From positions 47,267 through 92,727 of the forward strand of contig NMRA01000057.1 in assembly GCA_002633005.1 (NCBI GenBank): a DNA stretch of 45,461 nucleotides. Direction: 5' to 3'. This DNA is from Phoronis australis. Its lineage: Eukaryota; Animalia; Phoronida. Both the position numbers and the translations under genes were made by a program. Positions 34,642 through 45,461 of the stretch are shown piece by piece. Position 1 is the first letter of the stretch; the number at the start of each line of letters is the position of its first letter. The notes below the pieces were generated by a model. The model searched no databases. It saw nothing but the letters and a program-made list of their open reading frames with translations, and was not told the DNA's origin.

Positions 34642-35517
34642 TATATATAGATTATTACATGGCGAAGTCGTTATCCCCCGTTATCTAGAGCCCGAGTGTA
34701 TTTTGGAGAATTATCGCCCGAGGGGCGTTAGCCCCGAGGGTGATAATTCTCCAAAATCCACGAGGGCTCTAGATAAGGGGGATAACGGCTGAGAACATGT
34801 AATAATCTATTTATACCACATACTAAACGAGAAACATTGCAATGAATTGATTTACCTTTTCTGACTCTCCACGGCTTTGTAACTACTTTCTATGTCAGAG
34901 GCCCGGGGTCGGAGGTCGTGACCTTTTAAGAAAAGCCGGCTATTTTTGTCAAATAATGCTTTTACTCAAAACCAATTGAAAACTTAAATATAATAGAAAT
35001 AAACTGAATTTATAAATTAAGGTTTACCAACTATTATAGCTTAAAACACGTTTTTTTCACGCTAAGCTTCGACCGGGAAATTATCGTCTGCTAAAGTAGG
35101 TTACCACTGGTAACTGAATATAATTCTCAAGTCAAAGATCCTGACGACACGATACCCGCATTCAAACTGGAGATCGGTGATTTACAAGTAAGAGGACATG
35201 AGAGAAAAATTTCACTGAATTAAGATATCGTTTTTATGGAAATTATGTGTCTTATTTTTCGTAGCGTGTAAGTACAGCACAATGCGGTTTGTTGAACGTG
35301 CGATTATTGCGCGTGCTCATTTAAGTATTCTATTTTCACTCTTGATGACGTCAGCCGCTGCGTGGTGTAGTGGTTAAGGTCGGCGACCATCAAACTCAAG
35401 GTCCCGGGTTCGACTCCGTCCTCGGTTTCCCGCCAAATCGTTATCTCACTAGTGAGATAACTTTATGGGTTATTACACGGTTGTATCTGCCATTTGACGC
35501 TAATATTGTGGTATAAA
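34642..35517. mobile_element. Crypton(A)-like non-autonomous element with terminal palindrome
   Basis: ~164-bp hairpin 34647-34810 centred on CCCGAGGGGCGTTAGCCCCGAGGG, followed by TTTATACCACA whose complement TGTGGTATAAA ends the element. Confidence 0.65.
35354..35428 (+). repeat. tRNA-like / SINE-head sequence inside the Crypton-like element
   Basis: TGGTGTAGTGGTTAAG A box and GGTTCGACTCC B box; stems are imperfect. Confidence 0.6.
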
Positions 35518-37110
35518 AGCTCTTATCCGCCGGATAGTTATACCGACTGGTGGCTAGTTGGGATATACGAAGTGAAGTGCCTGTAACACTGCTTGTCTGT
35601 ACTCATGCCTGTTCTGATCAGTTGTGCACCGTTTCCTCCCCACCTGGAACTTTATAAATCTTTTTAAAAATCTCCCAAAACGTTTGTACTGTACAATGGA
35701 CACTTTTGTTGCGTTAGAGTGGTCGATTCACAAGTTGAACCATCTGGAAATCTCGGGGGAATCAGTTTCTTAGGTATGTGTTGCGCATCTGTGGAATAGA
35801 AGGCGACGTCTGAAATCCCTAGCCCCAATTGCAGGTTTGTTTTAGTCCCACGCCTCATTGTGACTTACTAAGTGGTTTTACCCTAGACGTGTTTGGTTTC
35901 CCATCAGGACGTACCCGGGAGAAACGCAGAATTTCCGTCACCACTACGTGGACGTCCATGATCACCCAGTAGATCCAGCGGTGAATCAACCGCATTTTTG
36001 AACGCGGTTACAATGTCATCTAGTTATTCTAAGTAGAATTCAACTTATTAAAATCAAACAGTTGAACCACATTATAAAATGTAAATAAAATGAAATGTTA
36101 ATTTAATGCACTTACTGTTTTTGTGTTGGTACCCCGTGTAAGTAAATACATGTTTGGCTTTTGGGATATTCAAGATGCAAAAATATTCATCAAAACATTT
36201 CCTAAGGTGCTCTAGAGTATACGCACATAGCAAGAGACCTAAAGGAATACACGTCAAGTTGCTATTGCACTGGAATCAACATGTGTGTTTTGTGTTGAAA
36301 AAGCCGATACCGGGAATTTTCAAGCTGTAGGAACCTGTCACCTACTTTATTGAGCATTTTGGCCACACCCTAACTGGCTGTAGACATTTTTCTGATTTTC
36401 AGTGTATTGGGTTATTGGGTGCCTTGTATGAAATTATTTCATACCAAATGATTACATTGTCTCATCTTTCATATTTTTGATCCTTCAATCTTTTTAAGAA
36501 TTTGACTATTTTTTTCGGCTAAGCTTCGAGGAGATCAAACTGGCATTTAGAGAGGATAGAGGAAATTGTTGGAGACCATGAAAAGAACATATGCAATCGG
36601 GACAAAAATGAATACCTGCTGGAATATTTTCTGAAACTCGAAAAAAATGCCATCGTGGATCAAGAAATTCAAAATTGTACTTGCTCGTACTGTGATGTGA
36701 TATGATTTAAAGCCTCTCTCTAAATTTGAAAGGAAGGCATCAGTTAAAGAGCTGGACGAAAACCTAATCATTTTAATCATTTTAATTGAAACCAGCATCA
36801 GATAAGTTAGCTCTACATATTCCTAAATCATACTCCTAAATGCATTTAATTTAAAATGTCATGTATTTACACTGGAAAACAGCACGGGTGATTTGAATCA
36901 AAATGTGAAATGTCAAAAGTTGATGATGTCAACTAAATCACATGCTTCAAACTTTGTTTTGAGAAGGTACTGAAGTCTTGTTACTAATAATTTAAAAACA
37001 TCACTGTTATTATTTACATGGGCATGCATCAGAACCATCGACAGCATAGACCAGAGAATAATTTTGTACAAGCTCCAAGGGCGAGTTATTATATATTTTT
37101 TGTGACAGTG

Positions 37111-38009
37111 TGTCAGACGATTGTCTGTGTGGGTTTGTTTGAAAGGTAGCTATGCTTTGAAGTTGTGCGTAGATGGAGAGTGAATAATCAAATCCAGTAA
37201 TTAATTTATTATATGATAACCCCTAATTAGACAAATGAACCTATTGTTAATTAGGTAATCAACTACAAAGAGAAACTACGCTAGCGCCCTCTTAAAAGAT
37301 TACTTTAATCAAAGAACCAAATGATCAAATGTCTTATCTGCTATCCAAGCTAGGACTCTCCACTTGTTGGATGTCTGTCCTGTTGGTGAATCTTCGAACT
37401 ACACACACACTGTATAGCGACAGTGTACTTGCTGGTCACCGTCTCTGGTGATGCAACACTTGCAGGCAATTTCTTCTACCCGCGAATCTTCTTGCTGGTC
37501 ACAGTCTCTGGCTGATGACGCAACACTTCAGGTAGTATCTCACTACACACAATGCAAGTGACAAGCTCTTAGTTAACTTCCGGTTCGTTAACCCTTGCCC
37601 TTGCCAAGATCCTTTCTAGAATCTTCCACGAGATGGCTCTGTCGTACAACTGCTTCTGTACACTGTAGCAAGTCTTTATGCTTCAACTACTTTAGCGCAT
37701 CTGATTATCTTGCTGATTTCAGCCCATAATATAACATTCTACTTATTTAGTGATTGGCTAATAAAAACCACATGATCATATCCACTCGTATTATTGGCTG
37801 TTACAATTTGTTCTCAGAATATTCTAGAATCTCTAGAGTACTTTGACCCCAGAACCCAAAGTTGTAAACACCATCTAAAAATAGATTTTGACGTTAAAAT
37901 ACATGTCAACAAGTCTGACCCCATGATTTAAAAGTACATATGCACAAATTTTGGGCAACTCAAAATGGATCTATTCTTACTAATTACTTAATCAATATTT
38001 ATTCTGACA
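37111..38009 (-). mobile_element. Solo LTR (copy A)
   Basis: TGTCAGA...TCTGACA termini; perfect 5-bp TSD CAGTG; reverse complement of 38758-39639. Confidence 0.8.
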
Positions 38010-38757
38010 CAGTGATTAGTAATGTTTTAAACTTGATTTTAAATTTTATATTTTGACTGTCATATTTACTTAATAGTTTTGAATTAGTGTTCTATTTAAC
38101 GCTTAAAAATACATTTTCCTGAAAACTAACAGCTGTCAAATACAAAATGATTATCTCTCTCATTCACATCGATGATGCTTAGTATCCTCTCCAAAAGGAA
38201 GTGAAGTTTTTAGGTGATTCTTTTGTATATTTAATTAAATGTATTGAAAAGTTGAAATCCTAGAGTAAATGTCTAGTATAGCCCTACTTGTGATGATTTC
38301 CTGAAAAAGGTCAGTCTGTATATTTTAAGTAAAAAACAATAAATTAGGAGCAAAACACCAATATAGCTTAAATACTGCAAAAAATTGAATCATTCTGAAT
38401 TGATATGTCAGTCACAACAAACAATTTAATACGAGATATTCAGAGCGTACGGCCGTCACGTACGTCCGTCACACTAACCCAACTTATATTGAGCTGTCTG
38501 ACAAAAATTTCTTAGAAGATATCATCAAAAATTCAGTGTGCTGTACTTTGCAAATATTCCACTAAATCATCATGTAAAACATAAAATTGTACCTTAGAGC
38601 AACTCACAGAAAATAAACGCTGAATTTTTTTAAATTCAAATTCTCTGCGTACGTCCGTCACACCGCATTAAAGGCAATTTTCTCAGTCAGATTAAAAGAT
38701 AGGGGAAAAGTTGATACATGCTTTGACAGCTATTAGTGAGACCTATCAAGTGATGTA

Positions 38758-39639
38758 TGTCAGAATAAATATTGATTAAGTAATTAGTAAGAATAGATCC
38801 ATTTCAAGTTGCCCAAAATTTGTGCATATGTACTTTTTAGTCATGGGGTCACACTTTTTGACAAAATCTATTTTAGATGGTGTTTACAACTTTGGGTTCT
38901 GGGGTCAAAGTACTCTAGAGATTCTAAAAAATTCTGAGAACAAATTGTAACAGCCAATAATATGATTAGATACGATCATGTGGTTTTTATTAGCAAATCA
39001 CTAAATAAGTAGAATGTTATATTATGTGCTGAAATCAACAAGATAATCAGATGCGCTATAGTAGTTGAAGCATAAAGACTTGTTACAGTGTACAGAAGCA
39101 CTTGTACGACAGAGCCATCTCGTGGAAGATTCTAGAAAGGATCTTGGCAAGGGCAAGGGTTAACGAACAGGAAGTTAACTAAGAGCTTGTTACTTGCATC
39201 GTGGGTAGTAAGATACTACCTGAAGTGTTGCGTCATCAGCCAGAGACTGTGACCAGCAAGAAGAATCGCGGGTAGAAGAAATTGCCTGCAAGTGTTGCAT
39301 CACCAGACACGGTGACCAGCAAGTACACTGTCGCTATACAGTGTGTGTAGTTCGAAGATTCATCAACAGGACAGCCATTCAACAAGTGGAGAGTCCTAGC
39401 TTAATAGCAGATAAGACATTTCATTATGTTGGTTAGTTGATTGAGGCAATCTTTAAAGAGGGCGCTAATTTTGTTACCCTTTTTTGTAGTTGATTACTTA
39501 ATTAACAACAGGTTTCACTTGTTTACTTAGGGCTTATCATATAATAAATTAATTACTGGATTTGATTATTCACTTTCCATCTACGCACAATTTCAAAGCA
39601 TAGCTACCTATTGAACAAACCCACAGTCAATCTCTGACA
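38758..39639 (+). mobile_element. Solo LTR (copy B)
   Basis: Same termini; internal AATAAA at ~39543; flanks ATGTA / AGGTG do not form a clean TSD. Confidence 0.75.
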
Positions 39640-40129
39640 AGGTGGTACATGTATGTTTGTTAAAGGATTAGACCGCTTCCGTCATTTTTCGGTTACATGG
39701 AAATATCTGTAGTGTTGTGTAACCTGGTGAGTGGTTGAGGCCAATTAGTATTGTTCTCTATAACCGGCTTGTTCGTAATGTTTTCAACCTACTTGGAATT
39801 TTATTGTTTGCGATCCATATTGCACACACTTTTCAAGGATCTGTATTGCTCTTGTTCACATGGATACGTATACAAGTCCCTGAACAAGGGAATTCCAAGA
39901 CCACGATTTCGAGCGATTTTCGGACTTCATTTAACATGTAGTTGGTGAAATACATAAATATATGTGTTTTAATTGATATTTGCTTGTTATTCTCCAAAAA
40001 CCTATGATCTGTCAAAGTGGTTCACCTAATTTTTAGTTACCTTGTGTCAGAAAACTTATTCAATCACTGATGATCGTGTAACTTTATATAATTTGTTGGG
40101 CATTTTGCATGAAGCGAAGAAACACTGGA

Positions 40130-40835
40130 GTGTCTGATAAGTCATGATGCACAACGCGTCCCCTGATCACGACACTTCGGGGCAAGGCACGTAAAGCTTA
40201 CAAAAGCTGCACTTGGGACAGACACAGACATGCTGGGATCCATATCGTCTTGCTTGTCGTACGTTTAAGTCTGCCACAGGCAAAGTTAAATCCTGAAGGA
40301 ACTTTTGTCAGCAAAAAACAGTCTCCATCTATGCACGTGCAAGGCTGGTACAATTGCTAAGAAGAATCACCACTTCGGAATCATTCAAAAAGAGGATGAC
40401 TTATACACGCGCTCCCCTGAGGAAACAGTCGAGGTCGTGATGAGTAAGCACCATCCTAATGTAAACCTGTCACGGCAGTGCTCTGACGTGGCGCACTCCG
40501 AAGAGCGTGAGCCATTACATTACGCTGATGTTGAAGATATAGCCATACCACACCTTGTATAGTTGGCTTTGAAGCTTTGTAAACAATGGAAGTCCCCAGG
40601 ACTAGACATGATCGGTCATGTAATGCAACAAAAAACTTGGATACCACTATCCCATGTAATTGCAGCGATCAAACAAAGCCATTCTTAGACTGGCTAGGTT
40701 GCATCCTCAAGACATGCCACGAAGCTCGTTTAGTCTTCATTCCTAGAACAGGAAAGAACTCGTACCGGTTTGCTCAGTCCTCAACATCCTTTCTTCTCAA
40801 ATGACTAGAAGGTTTATGTGGCATCTTGATAAACA
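40130..40835 (+). mobile_element. R1/LOA-like non-LTR RT remnant
   Basis: EARLVFIPRTGKNSY...(SL)TSFLLK matches RT domains 1-2 (VVFIPKPGK...SLTSFLLK). Confidence 0.6.
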
Positions 40836-40839
40836 AATT

Positions 40840-41340
40840 CTGAGTTTTAATTCAATAAGTATTATTTTATTTAGAAAAATTTATCAAAATCATCAGCGAT
40901 TGGTTGGCTACAACAATAAAGTTTGTTTAGATTATAATAAAATTGCAAAAGAAGAAATCGAGAGTATTTTGTTACAAAAGTATTGCCAAAAACAGATAAC
41001 TACGAAAAATTGTTGCAGCATTACTCAAAACAAGATATCCCAAAAAATTATTCCTTGCCTTTTATAATTCCCCCTCTATCCATGCATTATATCTTTTTAG
41101 TAAATGTTTTTACATAACAGAGTGTATACTAACTCTTTGTTATATAAGATAAAGATAGTTAATTCAGATAAATGTCCCTATTGTAACCTAGTACAGAATA
41201 CTGAACACATGTTTCTCTATGGTGAGGTAGTGCAAAGATTGTTGAATATTGTTCAGGATATTTTGACATCTTCCCTTAAAGAAGATGTCAGAATAACCAA
41301 GAATGAATTCATGATTTGTCATTTAAGTTTTAAATTCTGC
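40840..41340 (+). mobile_element. L1/Tx1-like LINE 3' remnant (zf-RVT region)
   Basis: FLHNRVYTNSLLYKIKIVNSDKCPYCNLVQNTEHMFL. Confidence 0.65.
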
Positions 41341-41767
41341 AATGTATGGGTCTATGCAGGGGACGTTACCTGCGCTTATACTGTATGAGTTACTTAGGCG
41401 CACGAGTCAATGTGCGAACTACTTCGGGAAAACATGCCGTGTAAAACATTTATTTCGGATATAGGCCATGAGCTTAAAGGCGCAAAAAATAAGTTACATA
41501 GGGTGCATATTACCATATTAAGCGTCAACGGTACGGAATCCACTGTTACTGCGTGACGGTAAATTCAATAATATTCAATTCAATTCAATACAATGGCTCC
41601 TTATATTAAAAGTGCGGGTTAACATTGCAAGATTCATTACATTGATTATAACGGTTCTATGCAATGTTGACTAAAAGACAATATTCGATGTTGTCAAGAA
41701 ACTGGGTAATTTTAATTAGTTTCTTTAATTAAAGGCTACATCGTAGTTTATTAGCATACTCATAGAA

Positions 41768-41802
41768 TATAAAAGGAAGTTCCGCATGACGATTGCTAAG
41801 TT
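41768..41802 (+). promoter_or_regulatory. Core promoter of copy 3: TATA box and Inr-like site
   Basis: TATAAAAG at 41768-41775 and TAAGTT at 41797-41802, positionally equivalent to copy 2. Confidence 0.7.
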
Positions 41803-41825
41803 CGAAATCTTTATAGCTGTCGATA

Positions 41826-41886
41826 ATGTCAAACCTTTCTTTGGTCTTCGTGGCAGTTTTGCTGTTCGCCGCATACGAAGGAGCAG
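41826..41886 (+). CDS. Three-finger protein paralogue copy 3, exon 1 (signal peptide); remaining exons presumably beyond the window end
   Basis: MSNLSLVFVAVLLFAAYEGA G|GTGAGC; same length and phase as copy 2 exon 1; homologous promoter and intron-1 sequence (e.g. tctgaacgtagtggg at ~19794 and ~42763). Confidence 0.85.
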
Positions 41887-41919
41887 GTGAGCATTTGTCG
41901 GCAATATACTCTATCTTAA

Positions 41920-42664
41920 AGAGGACTGGAACGCGAGAATGAGACTAAATTGCATTATTCAAAGTGGTTTTATGCCACTGAATTAGAAGTCAACGAGTTT
42001 TGATTTTTTGTTGATTTCAAACATTTTTCTTTTAGATTCAAATTTAAAAAAACGATCTTTCAACTGCCCTCCACTTCATCGAAGTTTTCTCATATGGCAA
42101 GGCACGTTTCCTTGTTTGGTATGGCACATTTACCAGTGCCCCGTTGCAAAAAGTTATAAGCCGTATAGCAACAAAGACGTCGCGTTATCACGCGTCAGGT
42201 TGTTGTAGCTGAACAATAAACCTATCGACATGCGACAATCAAACATATCCAGCGGATAATTTGAAGTTTTATGCAATCCAGCCGTGATATGGAAAAGGCT
42301 GTATTTGAGATTTGATTTGAGCAAAACAATGGCGAATTCAAGCAGCAGCCCGATTAAGAGGCAATTGGTGTTTAACATTAGTTACAAAGGTGTCGTAGCA
42401 TTCAACTATATTCTAAAATACACTTAGAATTCTCTTTCGGAAATCTCTTGCTTCATTGGCTTGACTTATATTGTGGTGTCGACCTCAAATTCGGAGTGCG
42501 ATCACACTGATAATTTAGCATTATTATCCTTCTTGCTGTCAGCTGTTCGTCGAATGACTGTGATTTGTGTGGAAATTACCTCTCTGTTAGAATTTGCGGC
42601 ATGGAACTTTGATCAGGAATTCTTTGAAAGATATCTTTGACGAGTTTTCTCGTTCTATGCCTCT
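41920..42664. mobile_element. Kolobok-type non-autonomous element in intron 1 of copy 3
   Basis: TTAA on both sides; imperfect TIR AGAGGACTGGAACGCGAGAA / TTCTCGTTCTATGCCTCT; missing from the homologous site of copy 2 (~19705). Confidence 0.7.
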
Positions 42665-45461
42665 TTAACATACGTGTAAGTGGTTATAATTAGCACTATC
42701 TAAAGTTTACCGAAACGTCGTACAGTATATTCGAAAAATGAATATCGGCTTTGCTTCTGAATCTGAACGTAGTGGGAAACAACAAAAGATTCAGAATCGA
42801 TGCAGATGTGGGGCACACTGTATAACATTGTGCTTTTAATTCGTCATGAAATGAGTAACGAAAAACCTGCGACTTAATCCAGTAAGGCTACGTGTGCGTG
42901 CAAAGTCTCGTGAGTCACTTGCAATAAAAAAGTATGCGACATGAATTTCAATTGCTATTTTCTCACATAACTCAACAATTAAGTGGAGCATCTTATCACT
43001 TTCAGTGGCGGCTATTTTGCAAGTTTGAGCTATTCGGTCGTGCAAGGATTTTAGAGGCGTTTCTGGTCAATTTAGAATCTATTACTTATTCTTAACTACT
43101 TAGATTGTTTTCTCGATAGCTCTGGAAACGATATAGTAATTTTTCAAATTTGAAGGACTGCGACATCTATAGAGTACAGAAGCAATACAAAAGGACGGTG
43201 ACACCCGGAAATCCATTTGTCTGGTTGGCTCCTTCGTTAAAGTCTAGATGGTGTGATAGCTTCATGTTGATGCAGAACAACTCAGTCAATACTGTAAACA
43301 TTTGTCGCAGGGCACGGCTAAGTGATATACACTCGGGAACTCAATGGTCGTCCGCCTAAGCATAAAACCAGTTTGTTGTTGTACTCGCCCAATTATTCAA
43401 CTTCAAAGTTATGCTCTGAATAGGATTTGATTTAACTCTCACAAATATATAGCATTCGTGGATTCAATGTTTTTCTTTTATTTATGCCGAGTTGTTTCAA
43501 CTGTACATTGCTTTTCGGCAGCCATTTTATAATAACTCCTATGGTCGGCATACATGTATGCTGCCGCTTTTTGAAAGAACAGAAAACCACTCAGAAAAAG
43601 GCCAAGAAAATAGTGGAAAGTGATTTAAAACAAATCTAGTTCAACCAAAACTGTTTTACTGGTACGATATCGATTTTTAAATCGATTAAATTTGGTTCAG
43701 AATTTCAGTTCTGGAAAATAAATCGCAATTGTTTTACTCTAGGTAGACCTTACTTATTTTCTATTTGTGACCTCTATATTTGACTATTTGCTCTTGTTTT
43801 TCTTAACACCACTTACCTCTGCTGTCTTTCTTGTTCTTTTCAGTTATTCTTCATTCTCTGTTAACACCTTTCCAGTCAAAACAGAGAACTGTAACACTTT
43901 GAGACTTGGTTGGCGGAAGTTGATCATTGAACCTCGATACAGTTGTTCTAATAAATTACCCAATATCTTATTGTTTGATTTTTTCTCACCTTTAACAGGC
44001 AATCATAAATAAATAAATAAATACCGAGATTGCATTTACATTTTATTGCTCAATCTCTTCTTTTATTTTTAATTATGTCATGCTGTGTTGTATGTAACAA
44101 TGCAACACAGTGAGATAAAGTTAATGTTTACTTTATTAGTTGCCATTCTCTATCAATTCGAGTATTTTAATTTTCTTCAAATAAATTCAAAATGCCTGAA
44201 CCAAAAATTTCAACATCATTGTTGACCTCAGTACTGTGTTTTGCAATAAAAAACTAGTGAATAATGTTTTGATGACCAACGCGTAGGCCGAAGCTGTTAA
44301 GCACCCAGCGTGTTGCATTTGTCTGCTGCGTTTTTCCCTTCGCCTAATAGGGCCCGGTCTCCAATCTCCGTACTCAAGACTATACTCGCGATTTCATACT
44401 CAAAATCGTGCTCACTGAAGTCGTACTCAAAAAAGCGTATCTAATGTCATATTTCGAGTAGACTCCAAACGTACTCAAATCTGACACTCATACTCGAGTT
44501 GCTATGGAACTCGTTATGATGTGAAATGCAAAGCCGCGCTGATTCATCGCTCCCGATTGGAATAGACCACCCCAAGAACTAGGCCTACATTATCGTCTGC
44601 TGTCGCTACAACTACAAGAGTATGTTTATAACATGGAATTCTGAGTGTTCTGTAACTGTTCTTCATTTTTTAGTTTCAAAAATGTTCTTATGCCATTTCT
44701 TTGATACATTTGGCAATTATTAAGCTTTACTTCTTGAGTTCCTCACCCAGTCCCGAAAATGTGTTAAGAAATTTGTAACAGCTTATCACATCACATATCT
44801 GTTGCTAATTTAGTCTTGACATAAAACCCATTGCTGTGTAGGCCTACGCTGATTCTTTGTATTTTACGGTAAGTTGACATTTGGCACGTGAGTTAAAAAA
44901 CAATACTTGTGCAGGCATTCAGAGTTCACCAGTGTCAGTGAACGGGACGAGACGTCTACTTAGAAATCGGCAAACAAAATCTGGAATTCCATTTGGGGAT
45001 TGAGGAATTATAGATGACTAAGTTATGATGAAAAATGTACCTGACAGGGAAGCGAACTGTTTTTATCTTCCCTCCCCTCCTTTGGAAACCCTACAAAACG
45101 TAGGCACACATACCGAAATAAGGGCAGCACAAACTTCTCACACGACTTTTCCCACAACTGCTTTCGACGCTTGTTATGACTCGCCGACAAAGGATTACAA
45201 TGCGCCAGTTGCCAGGAATTGGAGAGGTAGAATGGCGGCCATAACATACAGTGATACGGCGGGTTAATAAGGTGAAGAATAAGAAGATTTAAGATGAAAA
45301 CTATTATCTCTGAACTGAAATTGAAGTGCTGAGATACGGTAAGAGGACTTATTTTTTTAGATTTGCTGTGTTTCTTGGTTCCCTTTCGATATTTTGTTCT
45401 CTGGCTCGTATTTATTTTCGAGTACGATTTCAAGCACACTGCCATACCAAACTTGAAATTT

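Larger units (their letters stand above)
34150..35562 (-). mobile_element. DNA transposon remnant starting CCCAACTAGCC, with ATCCGGCGGAT subterminal repeats and a Myb/SANT-like fragment
   Basis: Minus strand ~34470-34295 KKRSCNWKKNDINLLSELTESNLQVINSKLSQKVTKVEKNSVWEHMAEQIT resembles Myb_DNA-bind_5; the repeats resume after the nested insertion. Confidence 0.55.

Noticed and set aside
35354-35428. Functional tRNA gene
   Set aside because: Acceptor and anticodon stems pair poorly and it lies inside a transposon; treated as tRNA-derived.
44349-44520. Possible Harbinger-like terminus with GTACTC repeats
   Set aside because: No matching second end within the window.

Overview
AT-rich, repeat-dense eukaryotic (invertebrate-like) genomic DNA with two assembly gaps (2558-3331, 12071-12245). 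The only host genes I can support are a head-to-tail tandem family on the + strand, which the ORF track misses because it is spliced. It encodes small Cys-rich proteins of the three-finger (Ly6/uPAR, quiver-like) type. Copy 2 is complete and intact: exons 19614-19674, 23077-23208 and 24867-25048 give 124 aa with a signal peptide, 10 Cys, a C-terminal CFCDTDLCN and no GPI tail. Copy 1 (exons 2-3, 2477-6183) is a pseudogene broken by a hAT-type insertion and frameshifts. Copy 3 shows only its promoter and signal-peptide exon (41826-41886). An orphan intron fragment near 12.5 kb suggests a fourth, deleted copy. The rest is nested transposon debris: a decayed Helitron Rep-Hel, hAT/Tip100-like, Kolobok, Tc1/mariner, MULE-like and Crypton-like elements, two inverted solo LTRs, and Penelope, RTE, R1/LOA and other LINE fragments. 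All family assignments come from motif recognition by eye; no database search was run.
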